Source of the DNA: Candidatus Thorarchaeota archaeon
Lineage (GTDB): Archaea > Asgardarchaeota > Thorarchaeia > Thorarchaeales > Thorarchaeaceae
Assembly (NCBI GenBank): GCA_003345545.1
Contig: PRDH01000030.1
Coordinates: forward strand, 1 to 40,719
Direction: 5' to 3'
DNA: 40,719 nucleotides
A model generated the notes under the pieces. That model was not told where the DNA came from, did not search any database, and saw nothing but the letters and a program-made list of their open reading frames with translations. Numbering within the stretch: position 1 is the stretch's first letter; each line of letters begins with the position of its first letter. Position numbers and translations under genes: made by a program. Shown one piece after another: positions 9,438 through 19,214 of this stretch.

Positions 9438-9884
9438 TTACTGCTGCTTTGTCTTCCAACAGGGTAGATTGAGTCTACTCTTTATCCATCGCTTTTCAGG
9501 GCTCTCTTCAGTTGACCTGCCAGGATTTGTGCAGTTACACCAGCTTGAACCACCGATAGTACGGACTGTCACGCAGTAGTAACAGTTTTGGCATCTCCGC
9601 ATAGGAAACAGTCTTTCAGACAATACAGGGGGTTCATATTTCTCCTTTTTCTTGATGGGTGTGCTCTTCTCTGCGTGTCTGTCGTTGCTGGAAGTTTCTG
9701 GCTCCTTCCTGTACTTGGCTAGTGTCTTCCTTGCATCTTTCTTGAGCATGGATGTCACATAATCCTCGTCAGTCACATCTGCTGATCGGGAACGATTGTC
9801 GGGTATGTCCAGGCTCACAAAATCATCGAGTAGTTCTGAAACTGTAACATCCTCAGCTGACTTGTCCTTCTTTTCTTTCCTCAT
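9438..9884 (-). CDS. Hypothetical protein with a charged N-terminus and a Cys-rich C-terminal domain
   Basis: CQNCYYC...WCNCTNP...PCW, a probable metal-binding module. Confidence 0.6.
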   Translation of the reverse strand: MRKEKKDKSAEDVTVSELLDDFVSLDIPDNRSRSADVTDEDYVTSMLKKDARKTLAKYRKEPETSSNDRHAEKSTPIKKKEKYEPPVLSERLFPMRRCQNCYYCVTVRTIGGSSWCNCTNPGRSTEESPEKRWIKSRLNLPCWKTKQQ

Positions 9885-9988
9885 GGTTCAGTCCTGTTCT
9901 TTTCCGACTAGCGGTTTTGCAGAGGATTCTAAACACTCCACCACTTTGGACTCCGTGTAACCGTCCTAAAAGTGCTTCTGGTCATGCT

Positions 9989-10585
9989 CTAGTTCGCTTG
10001 AATCGCATTGACTCCCTCATCAAAGGCAGTCAAATTGGCTGTATCAGAGCCCAGAAGTGCTTGCAGGGACTTTCGAATGTTTGCTCGACTCAAAGGGCTT
10101 TGTGGAAGACTTGACATAGAACCCAACATGAATGAATTCAGCACACGAGGAGAACCGATTCGGGAAAGTGCTGCATCTGTATCAAGCATGTATATCTGCC
10201 TACAGAGTTTTGAAAGTGCTGCCGAGATTCTCTCTAATGCTGGATACTCAATCTCTCCAGAGTCAATGTCTGCTGTTGGGACTTTCGTAAGACTGGTTAT
10301 GGCTATGGTGCGTCCTCCTGCGTACTCCGCTGCTGCTCTGAACGCCTCCAATGGCTCAAGCCCAAGCAAGATATCGACTTCTCCCTTGGGGATGAGTGGT
10401 GCCCAGTCCCTTGTTCCAATGCGGAGGTGCGTCAAGACGCTGCCTCCTCGTCGTGATGCCCCAAAGGTATCACCAACTACTGGTTGTAGGCCTTGTCGTA
10501 TTGCAGCATCTGCCAGTACCCTTCCACAGACAAGGTTCCCCTGTCCTCCTACACCGGCCACAAGAATATTGAAGGGCTCTCTCAC
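9989..10585 (-). CDS. iorB: Indolepyruvate:ferredoxin oxidoreductase beta subunit
   Basis: ILVAGVGGQG, GASRRGGSVLTHLRIG, LEPLEA; overlaps the iorA stop. Confidence 0.9.
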   Translation of the reverse strand: MREPFNILVAGVGGQGNLVCGRVLADAAIRQGLQPVVGDTFGASRRGGSVLTHLRIGTRDWAPLIPKGEVDILLGLEPLEAFRAAAEYAGGRTIAITSLTKVPTADIDSGEIEYPALERISAALSKLCRQIYMLDTDAALSRIGSPRVLNSFMLGSMSSLPQSPLSRANIRKSLQALLGSDTANLTAFDEGVNAIQAN

Positions 10586-12453
10586 TGTAGTTTCTCTCCC
10601 TTGATTGCATCATGAGGGCAGACATCAATACAGGCTCCACATCTGACACACATCGAATCCAAAATGACCGGTTGCTCATTTGCGCTGTCCCAACTGATAG
10701 CGGGACAACCGAAATCCGCAAAGCATATTCTACATTTCTCGCCTCTACAGATTTTTGGATCTATCAGGAAAACATCATTCTTTGATTCTTGCTTACTTGT
10801 GTCCTGATCAAGCCTACAGATGCTATTCAGAAGAAGAACCTTCAATCCGCTTCTGCTGATAGTCGAGTGAAGGAGGTCAATAAGACCTTTGATGTCATTT
10901 GCATCTCCCCTGGCATAACTGTCTGGCTGTAGAGCCTTCACGATATCCTCTATCTCCACTCGCCTGAAGCCTTGCGCTTGGTGGCGGGATCCTGGATGTG
11001 TCTGGAATCCTGTCATTGCTGTCGTTGCATTGTCCAGAATGACGAAGGTGAGATTGGCGTTCTTATGTCTTGCATTGACTAGTCCTGGTAAGCAGGCATG
11101 AAAGAATGTTGAATCGCCAGCAACAGCAACAACCTTGGAATCAAACCCGAATCTCTCAAGTTTGCTGAGACCACAGGCCACTCCAATCCCAGAACCCATT
11201 GCCTGCATGGTGTTCATAGCCTCATCATAGAATACACCAAGGGAGTAGCATCCAATGTCGCCTGCAACGACAAGTTTTCCACCCACCCTCTTCTTGACTT
11301 TTCGGATAGCCCAATAGAAATTACGATGGGTACATCCGGCACAAAAGGTCAAGGGTCTCTTGATGAGGAGGTCTGCTCCTGCTGCCTGTCCCAGTTGTTT
11401 CTCATCCACACGAGTTCCATCTATCCTTCCAATGGCTGTCCTGACAGTATCCGTGTCCATCTCTCCGTAACTCGGAATGTGTCCTGTCCGCTTGCCATAA
11501 AACGCCGGTAATTCCTCAAGGTCTGCTGAGAGAGTCCTGACTTCATCTTCCACGAAGGGGTCGGTTTCTTCAACGAAGAGAACTCGATTGGCGTTTTCAA
11601 GCAGACTAGTTAGAGTCTTCTTAGGCAATGGATGTGTTGTCACTATGTTTAGATGGCCAATCTTCGTAGACTCAATAAGGTGTAGAGCCTCACGTACATA
11701 CATTGAACAGATGCCACTCGAGATTACCAGTAGTTCCATATCTTTGATGTTAGTATGCATGTTAAGGTCTGACGTTTCAAACTCCCTGACGATTCTTTCC
11801 ATTTTTTCCAGCAAGTCTCTATGCCTGAGGTGCGGCATAGGCACATTATACAGTTTCTCAGGTAGCACCCCAGCTGCCTTCTTCCTCTTTGAAAGCATCC
11901 CTTTTCCTACCAATCCTCGGGAGTGAGAGAGCCTTGTGGTGCTCCTCACCATGACAGGTACTTCGAACTGCTGAGAGAGTTTGAATGCAAATCGTGTGAC
12001 ATCCTTTGCCTCTTGATAGGTTGAAGGTTCTAACAACGGGATTTGGGCTGCCTTTGCATAGAATCTAGAGTCTTGCTCGTTGCTGGAACTATGCCCTCTC
12101 GGATCATCGCATACCACAATGACAAGACCCCCCTTTCCTGTGCCTGAGAGATTCACATTGAGAAGAAAATCGGAAGCCACATTGAGGCCGAGGGATTTCA
12201 TCGAGCATAAAGCGGGAATCCCTGCCCAGCTGGCTCCAGCGGCGGCTTCAAGTGCTACCTTCTCATTTGTGCTCCACTCTACATAGATATCGTGCTTATC
12301 TGCAAGATCGAACAATTCGGTTGCAATCTCGGTTGCTGGAGTCCCTGGGTAGGATGTACAGAATCCAATCCCTGCCTCTATTGCTCCGCGAGCAATTGCC
12401 TCATTGCCGCTCATCATAGTTCTATGCTGAGAGTCGTTCATCCCGTCTGTCAT
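10582..12453 (-). CDS. iorA: Indolepyruvate:ferredoxin oxidoreductase alpha subunit
   Basis: GNEAIARGA, YPGTP, NEKVALE, SSSNEQDSR, FCAGCTH, GDIGCY, GDSTFFH TPP motif, C-terminal ferredoxin CVRCGACIDVCP. Confidence 0.93.
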   Translation of the reverse strand: MTDGMNDSQHRTMMSGNEAIARGAIEAGIGFCTSYPGTPATEIATELFDLADKHDIYVEWSTNEKVALEAAAGASWAGIPALCSMKSLGLNVASDFLLNVNLSGTGKGGLVIVVCDDPRGHSSSNEQDSRFYAKAAQIPLLEPSTYQEAKDVTRFAFKLSQQFEVPVMVRSTTRLSHSRGLVGKGMLSKRKKAAGVLPEKLYNVPMPHLRHRDLLEKMERIVREFETSDLNMHTNIKDMELLVISSGICSMYVREALHLIESTKIGHLNIVTTHPLPKKTLTSLLENANRVLFVEETDPFVEDEVRTLSADLEELPAFYGKRTGHIPSYGEMDTDTVRTAIGRIDGTRVDEKQLGQAAGADLLIKRPLTFCAGCTHRNFYWAIRKVKKRVGGKLVVAGDIGCYSLGVFYDEAMNTMQAMGSGIGVACGLSKLERFGFDSKVVAVAGDSTFFHACLPGLVNARHKNANLTFVILDNATTAMTGFQTHPGSRHQAQGFRRVEIEDIVKALQPDSYARGDANDIKGLIDLLHSTISRSGLKVLLLNSICRLDQDTSKQESKNDVFLIDPKICRGEKCRICFADFGCPAISWDSANEQPVILDSMCVRCGACIDVCPHDAIKGEKLQ

Positions 12454-12545
12454 TCTTACTCGGCATCAAAAAACACTTTCGTATCTACCCTGTGTTTTCC
12501 AGAAGAGAAAATAAGGCATTTGTTCAACCACATGACGAGCGCAAA

Positions 12546-13619
12546 ATGGCTGAAGGACAAGAAAGCGAATCTGCAGGGGCCAAGAGAATTACTTCTCTCC
12601 TCTCATTCTCCCACGATAAAGATGTTGACGGATTAGCTTCAGCTGCTATTGTATGGCGGTATGCCAACTCAAAAGCGCTTGAGTTCGGTGTGAATCTCAC
12701 TGACTATGGTGCCTTCGAACAAGTGTTCACGGGAGTTGCATCACGTCGTGATACACTGATTGTTGTCACCGATCTCGGAATGGATGAAACAACGCAAGAC
12801 ATCATTATCAGGGGTCTCTCACGTGCATTGACTCAGGGATGCCGCCTTGTCTGGTTGGACCATCACCAATGGTCTGATCAGTCAATCAAGGCAATACTTT
12901 CACTTCCCAACAGACCCGTGTTGAAGCTAAACCATGACTACTGTTCAGCCGAGATAGCACAGAAGGTGCTAATGCCCCGTGATGAAGTCTGTGCTGAGCT
13001 TGCAAAAATCGCTCACGACACTGATTTCAATCTCAGGGAGATACCTGTTGCCAACGCACTGACGGATGCTGTGTCAGTCCTCCGATTCGGGGCAATTGAC
13101 AGACGTGAAGAGGTTCTAGACGCACTCTATCCAGTCCTTTCAAAGCTTGCAGAGAGTGGCGTGGTCGGAGTCTGGGATGATGCGAACAAGAAGTTCAGGG
13201 ATCAACTACTAGAGAAACGTGTTGACAATTATCGGAAAGAGAAAGCCAAGAAGATGCGAAAGGCGCTTGCAGGACATAGTGACCATGTTCTCTATAATCG
13301 ACTCGTCCGGATAGTTGAGATTCCCAATGGTCTGACCTCCACGGATATGGGCACTTTTGCCTCTGATCCAGAGAATCTGATTTTTGATGGTGAGTCATTG
13401 GACGTCGCAGATCTACTTCTCATGTTGAGCCAGGGTGGAATGCTTGGAATACGGAGAGGGCGAGAAACCGTATTGTGTAACATGGCTGCAAAGCTCTTCA
13501 ATGGTGGTGGTCACCCATATGCTGCTGGCGGCGAGTACGGGCTGTATGAGAATTTTCAGGCCGCCTGTGATGACATATTTGTGACACTCTCAAAGGACAA
13601 GACTTGGGTAGTAGAGTAG
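12546..13619 (+). CDS. DHH/DHHA1-family phosphoesterase (NrnA/RecJ superfamily)
   Basis: SHDKDVDG, VTDLG, WLDHH and GGGHPYAAG motifs. The ATG at 12546 is preferred to the GTG at 12492. Confidence 0.85.
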   Translation: MAEGQESESAGAKRITSLLSFSHDKDVDGLASAAIVWRYANSKALEFGVNLTDYGAFEQVFTGVASRRDTLIVVTDLGMDETTQDIIIRGLSRALTQGCRLVWLDHHQWSDQSIKAILSLPNRPVLKLNHDYCSAEIAQKVLMPRDEVCAELAKIAHDTDFNLREIPVANALTDAVSVLRFGAIDRREEVLDALYPVLSKLAESGVVGVWDDANKKFRDQLLEKRVDNYRKEKAKKMRKALAGHSDHVLYNRLVRIVEIPNGLTSTDMGTFASDPENLIFDGESLDVADLLLMLSQGGMLGIRRGRETVLCNMAAKLFNGGGHPYAAGGEYGLYENFQAACDDIFVTLSKDKTWVVE

Positions 13620-13626
13620 GCGTCGA

Positions 13627-14583
13627 CTACTGCGAGCTCACCTTCTGAGTTATGGGGGCGATGATATCAAAACCTGTATTCCAGAGTCTATCGAATGTTT
13701 CGATGGCGTCATCCACGAGAACTGGGTTGTCTTTCCGATGTATGAGTGCTGCGATGTCTGATGCTTTTGCTTGCGTGAGATACAATAGAATCTTCTCGCT
13801 GTTGAGACTGACCATTCTATATGTCTGTAGTCGTTCTCCTGCGAGCCTCAACTCTATGTTCCCAGTACTGACACCTTGCACGAAATCCCCCGAGAGTGTC
13901 CTGAGATGGCCTGCAATAAGACTCATAGTCAGTTCAGTCTGTTCGACAGGTATCAGCAGAGCGCGGACCTTTACACCTCTGAAACCACTCTGAATAATCC
14001 GTAACTCAGTAATTCCACCAGGCCCTAATCCCTCTGCAAGAGTGCCTGCGGAAGCCAGAACTCTGATACTGTCTCCTGGCTTGGCACTATCTGCAAACTC
14101 TCTAATCACCATACTTCTGACATTTTCGATTCCTTCTATCATGATTGATCCGCCTTGAGATGAAATCCCAACGAGGTCATTGTACGCAGTGATTGCAATA
14201 TCCTGAGGTGCCGCTTTTTCAAGCAAGTCTAGTTTCGCTGTTATTCTTTCTCGTTTGCAAATGAGCTCTGATATGGCCCTCTGGCTCCTACGTTTCAGTG
14301 CATCAGCGACTGAGGATTCGACAATCATGTATTGCTTTGGATGCTGTACTGTGTCAATCGAAATGAATCCTTCCTCTTCGAGGCTATTCAATTGGCTGTA
14401 GACATATGCTTTGGTGTACTTCTTGTGCACGGATTTCTTCAGAGCTTCCGAGATTGCAGCATAGGTCACTGGTTTTGAAGTGCCCCCTGCTGCCATCAGA
14501 ACCGCCCTAAAGATCATCATACTGCTTGAACTCATATCGACTTGGAGTCTTTGAAGGATTTCACCTGATTCTCCCACTGTCAT
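13627..14583 (-). CDS. TrmB-like regulator paralogue 3 (winged helix + coiled coil + PLD-like effector domain)
   Basis: YTKAYVYSQLNSLEEEGFI winged helix; C-terminal YRMVSLNSEKILL...NPVLVDDAIETFDRLW. Confidence 0.65.
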   Translation of the reverse strand: MTVGESGEILQRLQVDMSSSSMMIFRAVLMAAGGTSKPVTYAAISEALKKSVHKKYTKAYVYSQLNSLEEEGFISIDTVQHPKQYMIVESSVADALKRRSQRAISELICKRERITAKLDLLEKAAPQDIAITAYNDLVGISSQGGSIMIEGIENVRSMVIREFADSAKPGDSIRVLASAGTLAEGLGPGGITELRIIQSGFRGVKVRALLIPVEQTELTMSLIAGHLRTLSGDFVQGVSTGNIELRLAGERLQTYRMVSLNSEKILLYLTQAKASDIAALIHRKDNPVLVDDAIETFDRLWNTGFDIIAPITQKVSSQ

Positions 14584-14589
14584 TTCCAG

Positions 14590-15498
14590 TCACCCCCGAA
14601 GGATGGAAATGTCCAGTCCTTCTGCATAGTCCCTATCAAAGCTCTGAATTGCGTCATCCACTAGTTCTCGATTTGCGCTTCTGGGGAACCAAGTGGCAGA
14701 CAATGGACTCTCTGATACTATTAGCACAATTCCCTCTGAATTACGAGCCACGAACTGATATGTTGAGTCTTCCCTCAGGCGCATACGAAGTCCCACTTTG
14801 TACCCCATTTGACGATAATATTTGTAGTATTCAGCTAACCTGTGGAATCTCTTCTTGTCCCCCTTTCCATGTTCTAGACCTCGTAACTCAATGCCTCTCT
14901 TTAGCAATGACTCCAATTTGGCTGCTCTAGGCTCCTCCGCCTCTTCAGGTTGGTCATACCACTCTAGCGTGTATCTAATCACATCATTCTTCTCAAGATT
15001 CTGATAGATTCTGGTATCTAGGATCTTCTGGATGCTTTGCCATCCCTGGGCGAATACGGGCTTTTCTAATGGTTGAGCACCTGTGGCACGTGCAACCATA
15101 TGCGCGGCAATCACTTCTGAGTCCATGTCCGATATCAACTGAATCTCTTTATCCAAAAGCAGAAGGTCTTTAGCGAGCGCTGATATTCTTTCTTTTATTA
15201 TCCGCTTCATGACTCTACTCATCAACGCGACTCCAGAATTGTAGCCATGTTTGTGCTCACTTCTATCCACTTTGATCAGACCGGTCTGCTCAAGCCATGA
15301 GAGACTGCGATAGATGAGAGAGTCTTTCCCCTTTCTTCCACCCTCATCCAATTCTAGTTGTTCTCTCAGTGTCTTGAAATCCACATACGTATCTGGATTA
15401 TTCTGCGCTTTCAGGAGTGCTCCTAGAACAATCATGTCTTTCCGATTCAGCTCTAGGTGAACGGCCTTCAGCACTTCCTGACTCTTCTCCATAGTCAT
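14590..15498 (-). CDS. TrmB-like regulator paralogue 2
   Basis: SLIYRSLSWLEQTGLIKV winged helix; YQFVARNSEGIVLIVSESPLSATW...NRELVDDAIQSFDRDY. Confidence 0.65.
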   Translation of the reverse strand: MTMEKSQEVLKAVHLELNRKDMIVLGALLKAQNNPDTYVDFKTLREQLELDEGGRKGKDSLIYRSLSWLEQTGLIKVDRSEHKHGYNSGVALMSRVMKRIIKERISALAKDLLLLDKEIQLISDMDSEVIAAHMVARATGAQPLEKPVFAQGWQSIQKILDTRIYQNLEKNDVIRYTLEWYDQPEEAEEPRAAKLESLLKRGIELRGLEHGKGDKKRFHRLAEYYKYYRQMGYKVGLRMRLREDSTYQFVARNSEGIVLIVSESPLSATWFPRSANRELVDDAIQSFDRDYAEGLDISILRG

Positions 15499-15509
15499 TA
15501 CCCTCCGGC

Positions 15510-16562
15510 CTACCTCTGTATCTTCTCCTCATCCTCCCTGGTCTTGGGATTCACCAATTTACTGATCATCCCACCCGGGGCCATTCCTAGAGCTGCTGCG
15601 TTCTCTGGTGTCAACCCAAAAAACGATTTTGCTCTCTTCCAGTCTCTATCAAATGATTTCACCGCATTATCTATGAGGTCTGGGTTGAACTGCCGAGTAA
15701 TCCAAGTAGCAGTCAACGGATTCTCAGATATCACCAGAGCCATGCTATCATTATTGAAGCTGACCTGGTTGTATGTCTTTGGGCCTTGATAGAATCGCAC
15801 GTCGAATTCTATGCCCTTCTTCCTAAGCTCTAAAATAAAGTGAATCAATGCCAGACGACTTTTCGTGTCAGGCATGAGTCCAACTCCCTCCTCAAGCTTT
15901 AATGCATCAGCTGTGACCAAGTACCTTACATCAGCCCCTCTCTCTGCAGCCTTGACGAAGCTCATGGTTCTGTTTCCAGCGTTCTCGTCTATGAAGGGTC
16001 CCAGCCATAGCATGGATGCTCGAACGATATCCCCCTTCTTTGCCACATCAAGCATGTTATACCTCAGTACCCTGTGCAGTTCCTCGACGCCTCTGACAAC
16101 TCTTGAACTGATCTCCTGCTGTTTACCTGTTTCGTTCTTCACGAACTCCTGAGCAAGAGTACCGCAATCAAGTGCACTCACCCTCGCCAGGTGTTCTTGT
16201 ATCCGCTTCATTTCGTCCTCAAGCTGTTTTACCCTCTGGCTCTTCAATTGCTCCAGACCCGCCATGATTGTATTGACATCCGCGATGTACCCCTTCCGAT
16301 GAGTTGTCGGATTATCAATACGAATCATTCGGACTTCGATGAGTGCCTTCAGCACCTTGTGGATCCACGCCTTTGTGAGGTGGGTATTTGGATTATCCTT
16401 CTCAATCTGCCTATGAATCTCCGAGAAGGTAGGCGGTCTTGGAGTGTCTATCTGAATTCTCAGTGTCGCATTGAGGATATTCAACAATCGTGATTCCTGT
16501 CTGTCTCTGGACACAAGTCCACACAGTTCAAGGGCTTCTCTGAGTTCGTCATTGTCTGACAT
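15510..16562 (-). CDS. TrmB-like regulator paralogue 1
   Basis: LTKAWIHKVLKALIEVRMI winged helix; AAERGADVRYLV; YNQVSFNNDSMALVISENPLTATW...NPDLIDNAVKSFDRDW. Confidence 0.65.
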   Translation of the reverse strand: MSDNDELREALELCGLVSRDRQESRLLNILNATLRIQIDTPRPPTFSEIHRQIEKDNPNTHLTKAWIHKVLKALIEVRMIRIDNPTTHRKGYIADVNTIMAGLEQLKSQRVKQLEDEMKRIQEHLARVSALDCGTLAQEFVKNETGKQQEISSRVVRGVEELHRVLRYNMLDVAKKGDIVRASMLWLGPFIDENAGNRTMSFVKAAERGADVRYLVTADALKLEEGVGLMPDTKSRLALIHFILELRKKGIEFDVRFYQGPKTYNQVSFNNDSMALVISENPLTATWITRQFNPDLIDNAVKSFDRDWKRAKSFFGLTPENAAALGMAPGGMISKLVNPKTREDEEKIQR

Positions 16563-16806
16563 AGGAACACATCCCTACTCATTGATGAGTAGAATACGAA
16601 ATCATCATGTTACTAACTTGATGTCTGTATACAATCAAGCGATATTTAAGTCGAATTGATGCTATTGAAGCTTGCAACTAGGCGTTGCTACTCCGGGCGG
16701 ATGCCTTCAGAGGTAGCCCAAAACGGGCATAGTACGAGGCATACTGCTAGAACACCCGTATGCCGAGCTGGAAGGGGGGGGTCCCTTGCTTTTTCATTCT
16801 ATTGAT

Positions 16807-18042
16807 CTACAGGCCAGTCATAGCGATTGCTTTCAGGTATCCAACACCGATTTTTGCCACCATTGGTAAGAAGTCCGTCATGAGTGTCATGTACGTAGCA
16901 ATGCTTGCATGACCCTGAATGAGCTCATTGAGCGTTCTTGCATCAAGCTGTCCAAGCACGATCTCAGCTGCCGCAATTGGATCATTGAGCATAGAGTACT
17001 TGGATACTGCCCACATTCCCTTTCCAGTGTTATTGATGTTCGAGGCAAGTTTCGACCTCCTGTACTCCTTCTCATAGAGGTACACACTCTTCTTGGAGAA
17101 GTCATTGCTGTCTACCATTCTCTTTGCATGTTTCGCCAGAACTTGTCCTGCATGAAGACATGTCGTGACTCCACCCCCTACTATCGACGAGACCTGACCT
17201 GCTGCGTTCCCGCAGAGTGCCACGCCTGCATCGGTGAATCTTGGTATGATTCCTGCGCAGGGAACAACTCCTCCATTGACAGAGACGATCTTGGCGTTCG
17301 CCGTTTCAGGATGTGTCTTCATGTATTTCCGGAGTACATCCTGCATTGGAGGTAGCCTGCGCCAGTTCTGTTTTGATGATGGCACTCTCCCAATTCCGAG
17401 ATTCACTTCGGTCTCAGATCTTGGGTATAGCCAGAGGTATCCGAGTCCGATGTCCTTGCCGACATAGAAGTATGCAACATTCGGGTCAACATTCTTGCAG
17501 TTTGCAAGCTTGAATCTGTGCCCATAGCTGAGAAGCCACTTTGGGTGGGTAAAGCCTGCAGTTTCTGAAACCCTGCTGAATGACCCATCTGCGCCCACCG
17601 CTAGGCTCGCTCTGGCTTCATTGCTGCTGTCGTATTTGACACCGACCACCGAGGCTCCTTCTTTGACGACTGACTTGACACTGCTATTGTATCTGAACTC
17701 CCCACCATCCGACAGAGCTCTATCTCGCATGAGCTCTTTGCAGTTGTGCTCGTCGAGGAGGAAGGAATTACCAAGAAGGGTCCTATCGACCACGATGTTT
17801 GATCCTGTATCAAGGCTCTCTCCGACAATCGAAGTAAACTTATTCCCGACATATTCGGAGTCTGGTTTAACTCTGAGAAGATTCAGCGCTCTGTCTGTCA
17901 CGAGCTCGCCCATCAACGAGTCTGTTGCAGAAGCATGTTTCTCCAATACTAGCGTCTTCAGTCCTTGCATGGATGCATGCTCAGCGGCCATCAGTCCCGC
18001 AGGACCTGTGCCAACCACGATTATGTCGTAACCCATGGTCAT
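16807..18042 (-). CDS. Geranylgeranyl reductase family FAD-dependent oxidoreductase
   Basis: YDIIVVGTGPAG, GADGSFSRV, GYLWLYP, GGVVP, CGNAAGQVSSIVGGGV. Confidence 0.85.
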   Translation of the reverse strand: MTMGYDIIVVGTGPAGLMAAEHASMQGLKTLVLEKHASATDSLMGELVTDRALNLLRVKPDSEYVGNKFTSIVGESLDTGSNIVVDRTLLGNSFLLDEHNCKELMRDRALSDGGEFRYNSSVKSVVKEGASVVGVKYDSSNEARASLAVGADGSFSRVSETAGFTHPKWLLSYGHRFKLANCKNVDPNVAYFYVGKDIGLGYLWLYPRSETEVNLGIGRVPSSKQNWRRLPPMQDVLRKYMKTHPETANAKIVSVNGGVVPCAGIIPRFTDAGVALCGNAAGQVSSIVGGGVTTCLHAGQVLAKHAKRMVDSNDFSKKSVYLYEKEYRRSKLASNINNTGKGMWAVSKYSMLNDPIAAAEIVLGQLDARTLNELIQGHASIATYMTLMTDFLPMVAKIGVGYLKAIAMTGL

Positions 18043-18184
18043 GTCTCCTGGTCAGATAGTTGTGCGATTTCAAAGAACTCTCTATATCTCTTTCTAAAAG
18101 GTCTGCTGAGGAGAGCTTTTACTTTGCCCTTTAACAAAACATAATACTAAATCAAATAACTGAGGACTTCCCGAAGTGTAGACT

Positions 18185-19051
18185 ATGAGAACCAGGTCCC
18201 TTGCATATACCGCCTACATGGTTTTCTCTATCATGGCGAGCCTGACTATTGCAGCAATTCCCGCAATTCTGCTGTTCGGTTACTTCCTGCGGCATTTCAC
18301 CAATTTCCTGATCAGTCTTGGTTTTCCCTTTGCAACACTCTACGATTTGGCAAGGCCACTGCTCGAGGGAACTTTCGACCCACTTGTCATCCAATACTTC
18401 TGGGTCTTCGTGCTTTTTGTCCCTGTAGGTCTGATCTGCTATGCAGTGTTCCTCGGGTTCTTACTTGGCATGTTCAAGCTTTCTCGACGGGTCATTCCAT
18501 TCTTGCAAGATGGCTATTATGAAGCTGAAACTGAGGCCTGGCTGCTCTACGAATACTACGAAGTGTACTACGTCCTCTTCCCATACTTTGCTGGATTCTT
18601 CTCTGTATTCCTAGACACAAGACCTCGACATCAGGCCTTTGGCACCAAGGTTGGCAGAAGTACAATTGTTGGTAATGGCCGTCTATTCAACCCTGAGCGG
18701 ACTATAATAGGGGACAATTGCTTCTTTGGCTACAATGCAATCCTGAGTGGCCATGTATATGAAGGCAGACGACTCTACCTCAAGACAGTCAGATTGGGCA
18801 ACAATGTCACTGTCGGAGCTAATGCCGTTATCCTCCCTGGTGCAAACATCGGCGACAATGTGATTATCGGCGCTAATACCGTTGTTCCAAAAGACACGAC
18901 AATTCCATCAAATACAATCTGGGTCCACGGAAAGGCAATCCCACGGGGGCCTGAAAGCAAGGAGGAAATTCTCCACCAGCCTATAGGCGGGCCACCGTCA
19001 CTCACTTCTGAGGATCATGTAGACACTCCTGAGAATGGCGAACGATTGTAG
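18185..19051 (+). CDS. Membrane-anchored left-handed beta-helix (hexapeptide) acyltransferase-like protein
   Basis: N-terminal TM helices, then IGDNCFFGYNAILSGH, VRLGNNVTVGANAVILPGANIGDNVIIGANTVV. Confidence 0.8.
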   Translation: MRTRSLAYTAYMVFSIMASLTIAAIPAILLFGYFLRHFTNFLISLGFPFATLYDLARPLLEGTFDPLVIQYFWVFVLFVPVGLICYAVFLGFLLGMFKLSRRVIPFLQDGYYEAETEAWLLYEYYEVYYVLFPYFAGFFSVFLDTRPRHQAFGTKVGRSTIVGNGRLFNPERTIIGDNCFFGYNAILSGHVYEGRRLYLKTVRLGNNVTVGANAVILPGANIGDNVIIGANTVVPKDTTIPSNTIWVHGKAIPRGPESKEEILHQPIGGPPSLTSEDHVDTPENGERL

Positions 19052-19214
19052 ATCAGTGATGCATGTTTGGTTCATTGATGTGGTGATCTGAGTCTGAGAC
19101 GCATTTGGAAGAGTATTTGTTTGCATGAATATGCGAGCCATTCTCAGTTTCGATTGTCCAGCTGGCAATGGTGATTTAGATGGATTCATAACTCAACACA
19201 CGGATGAATGTATA

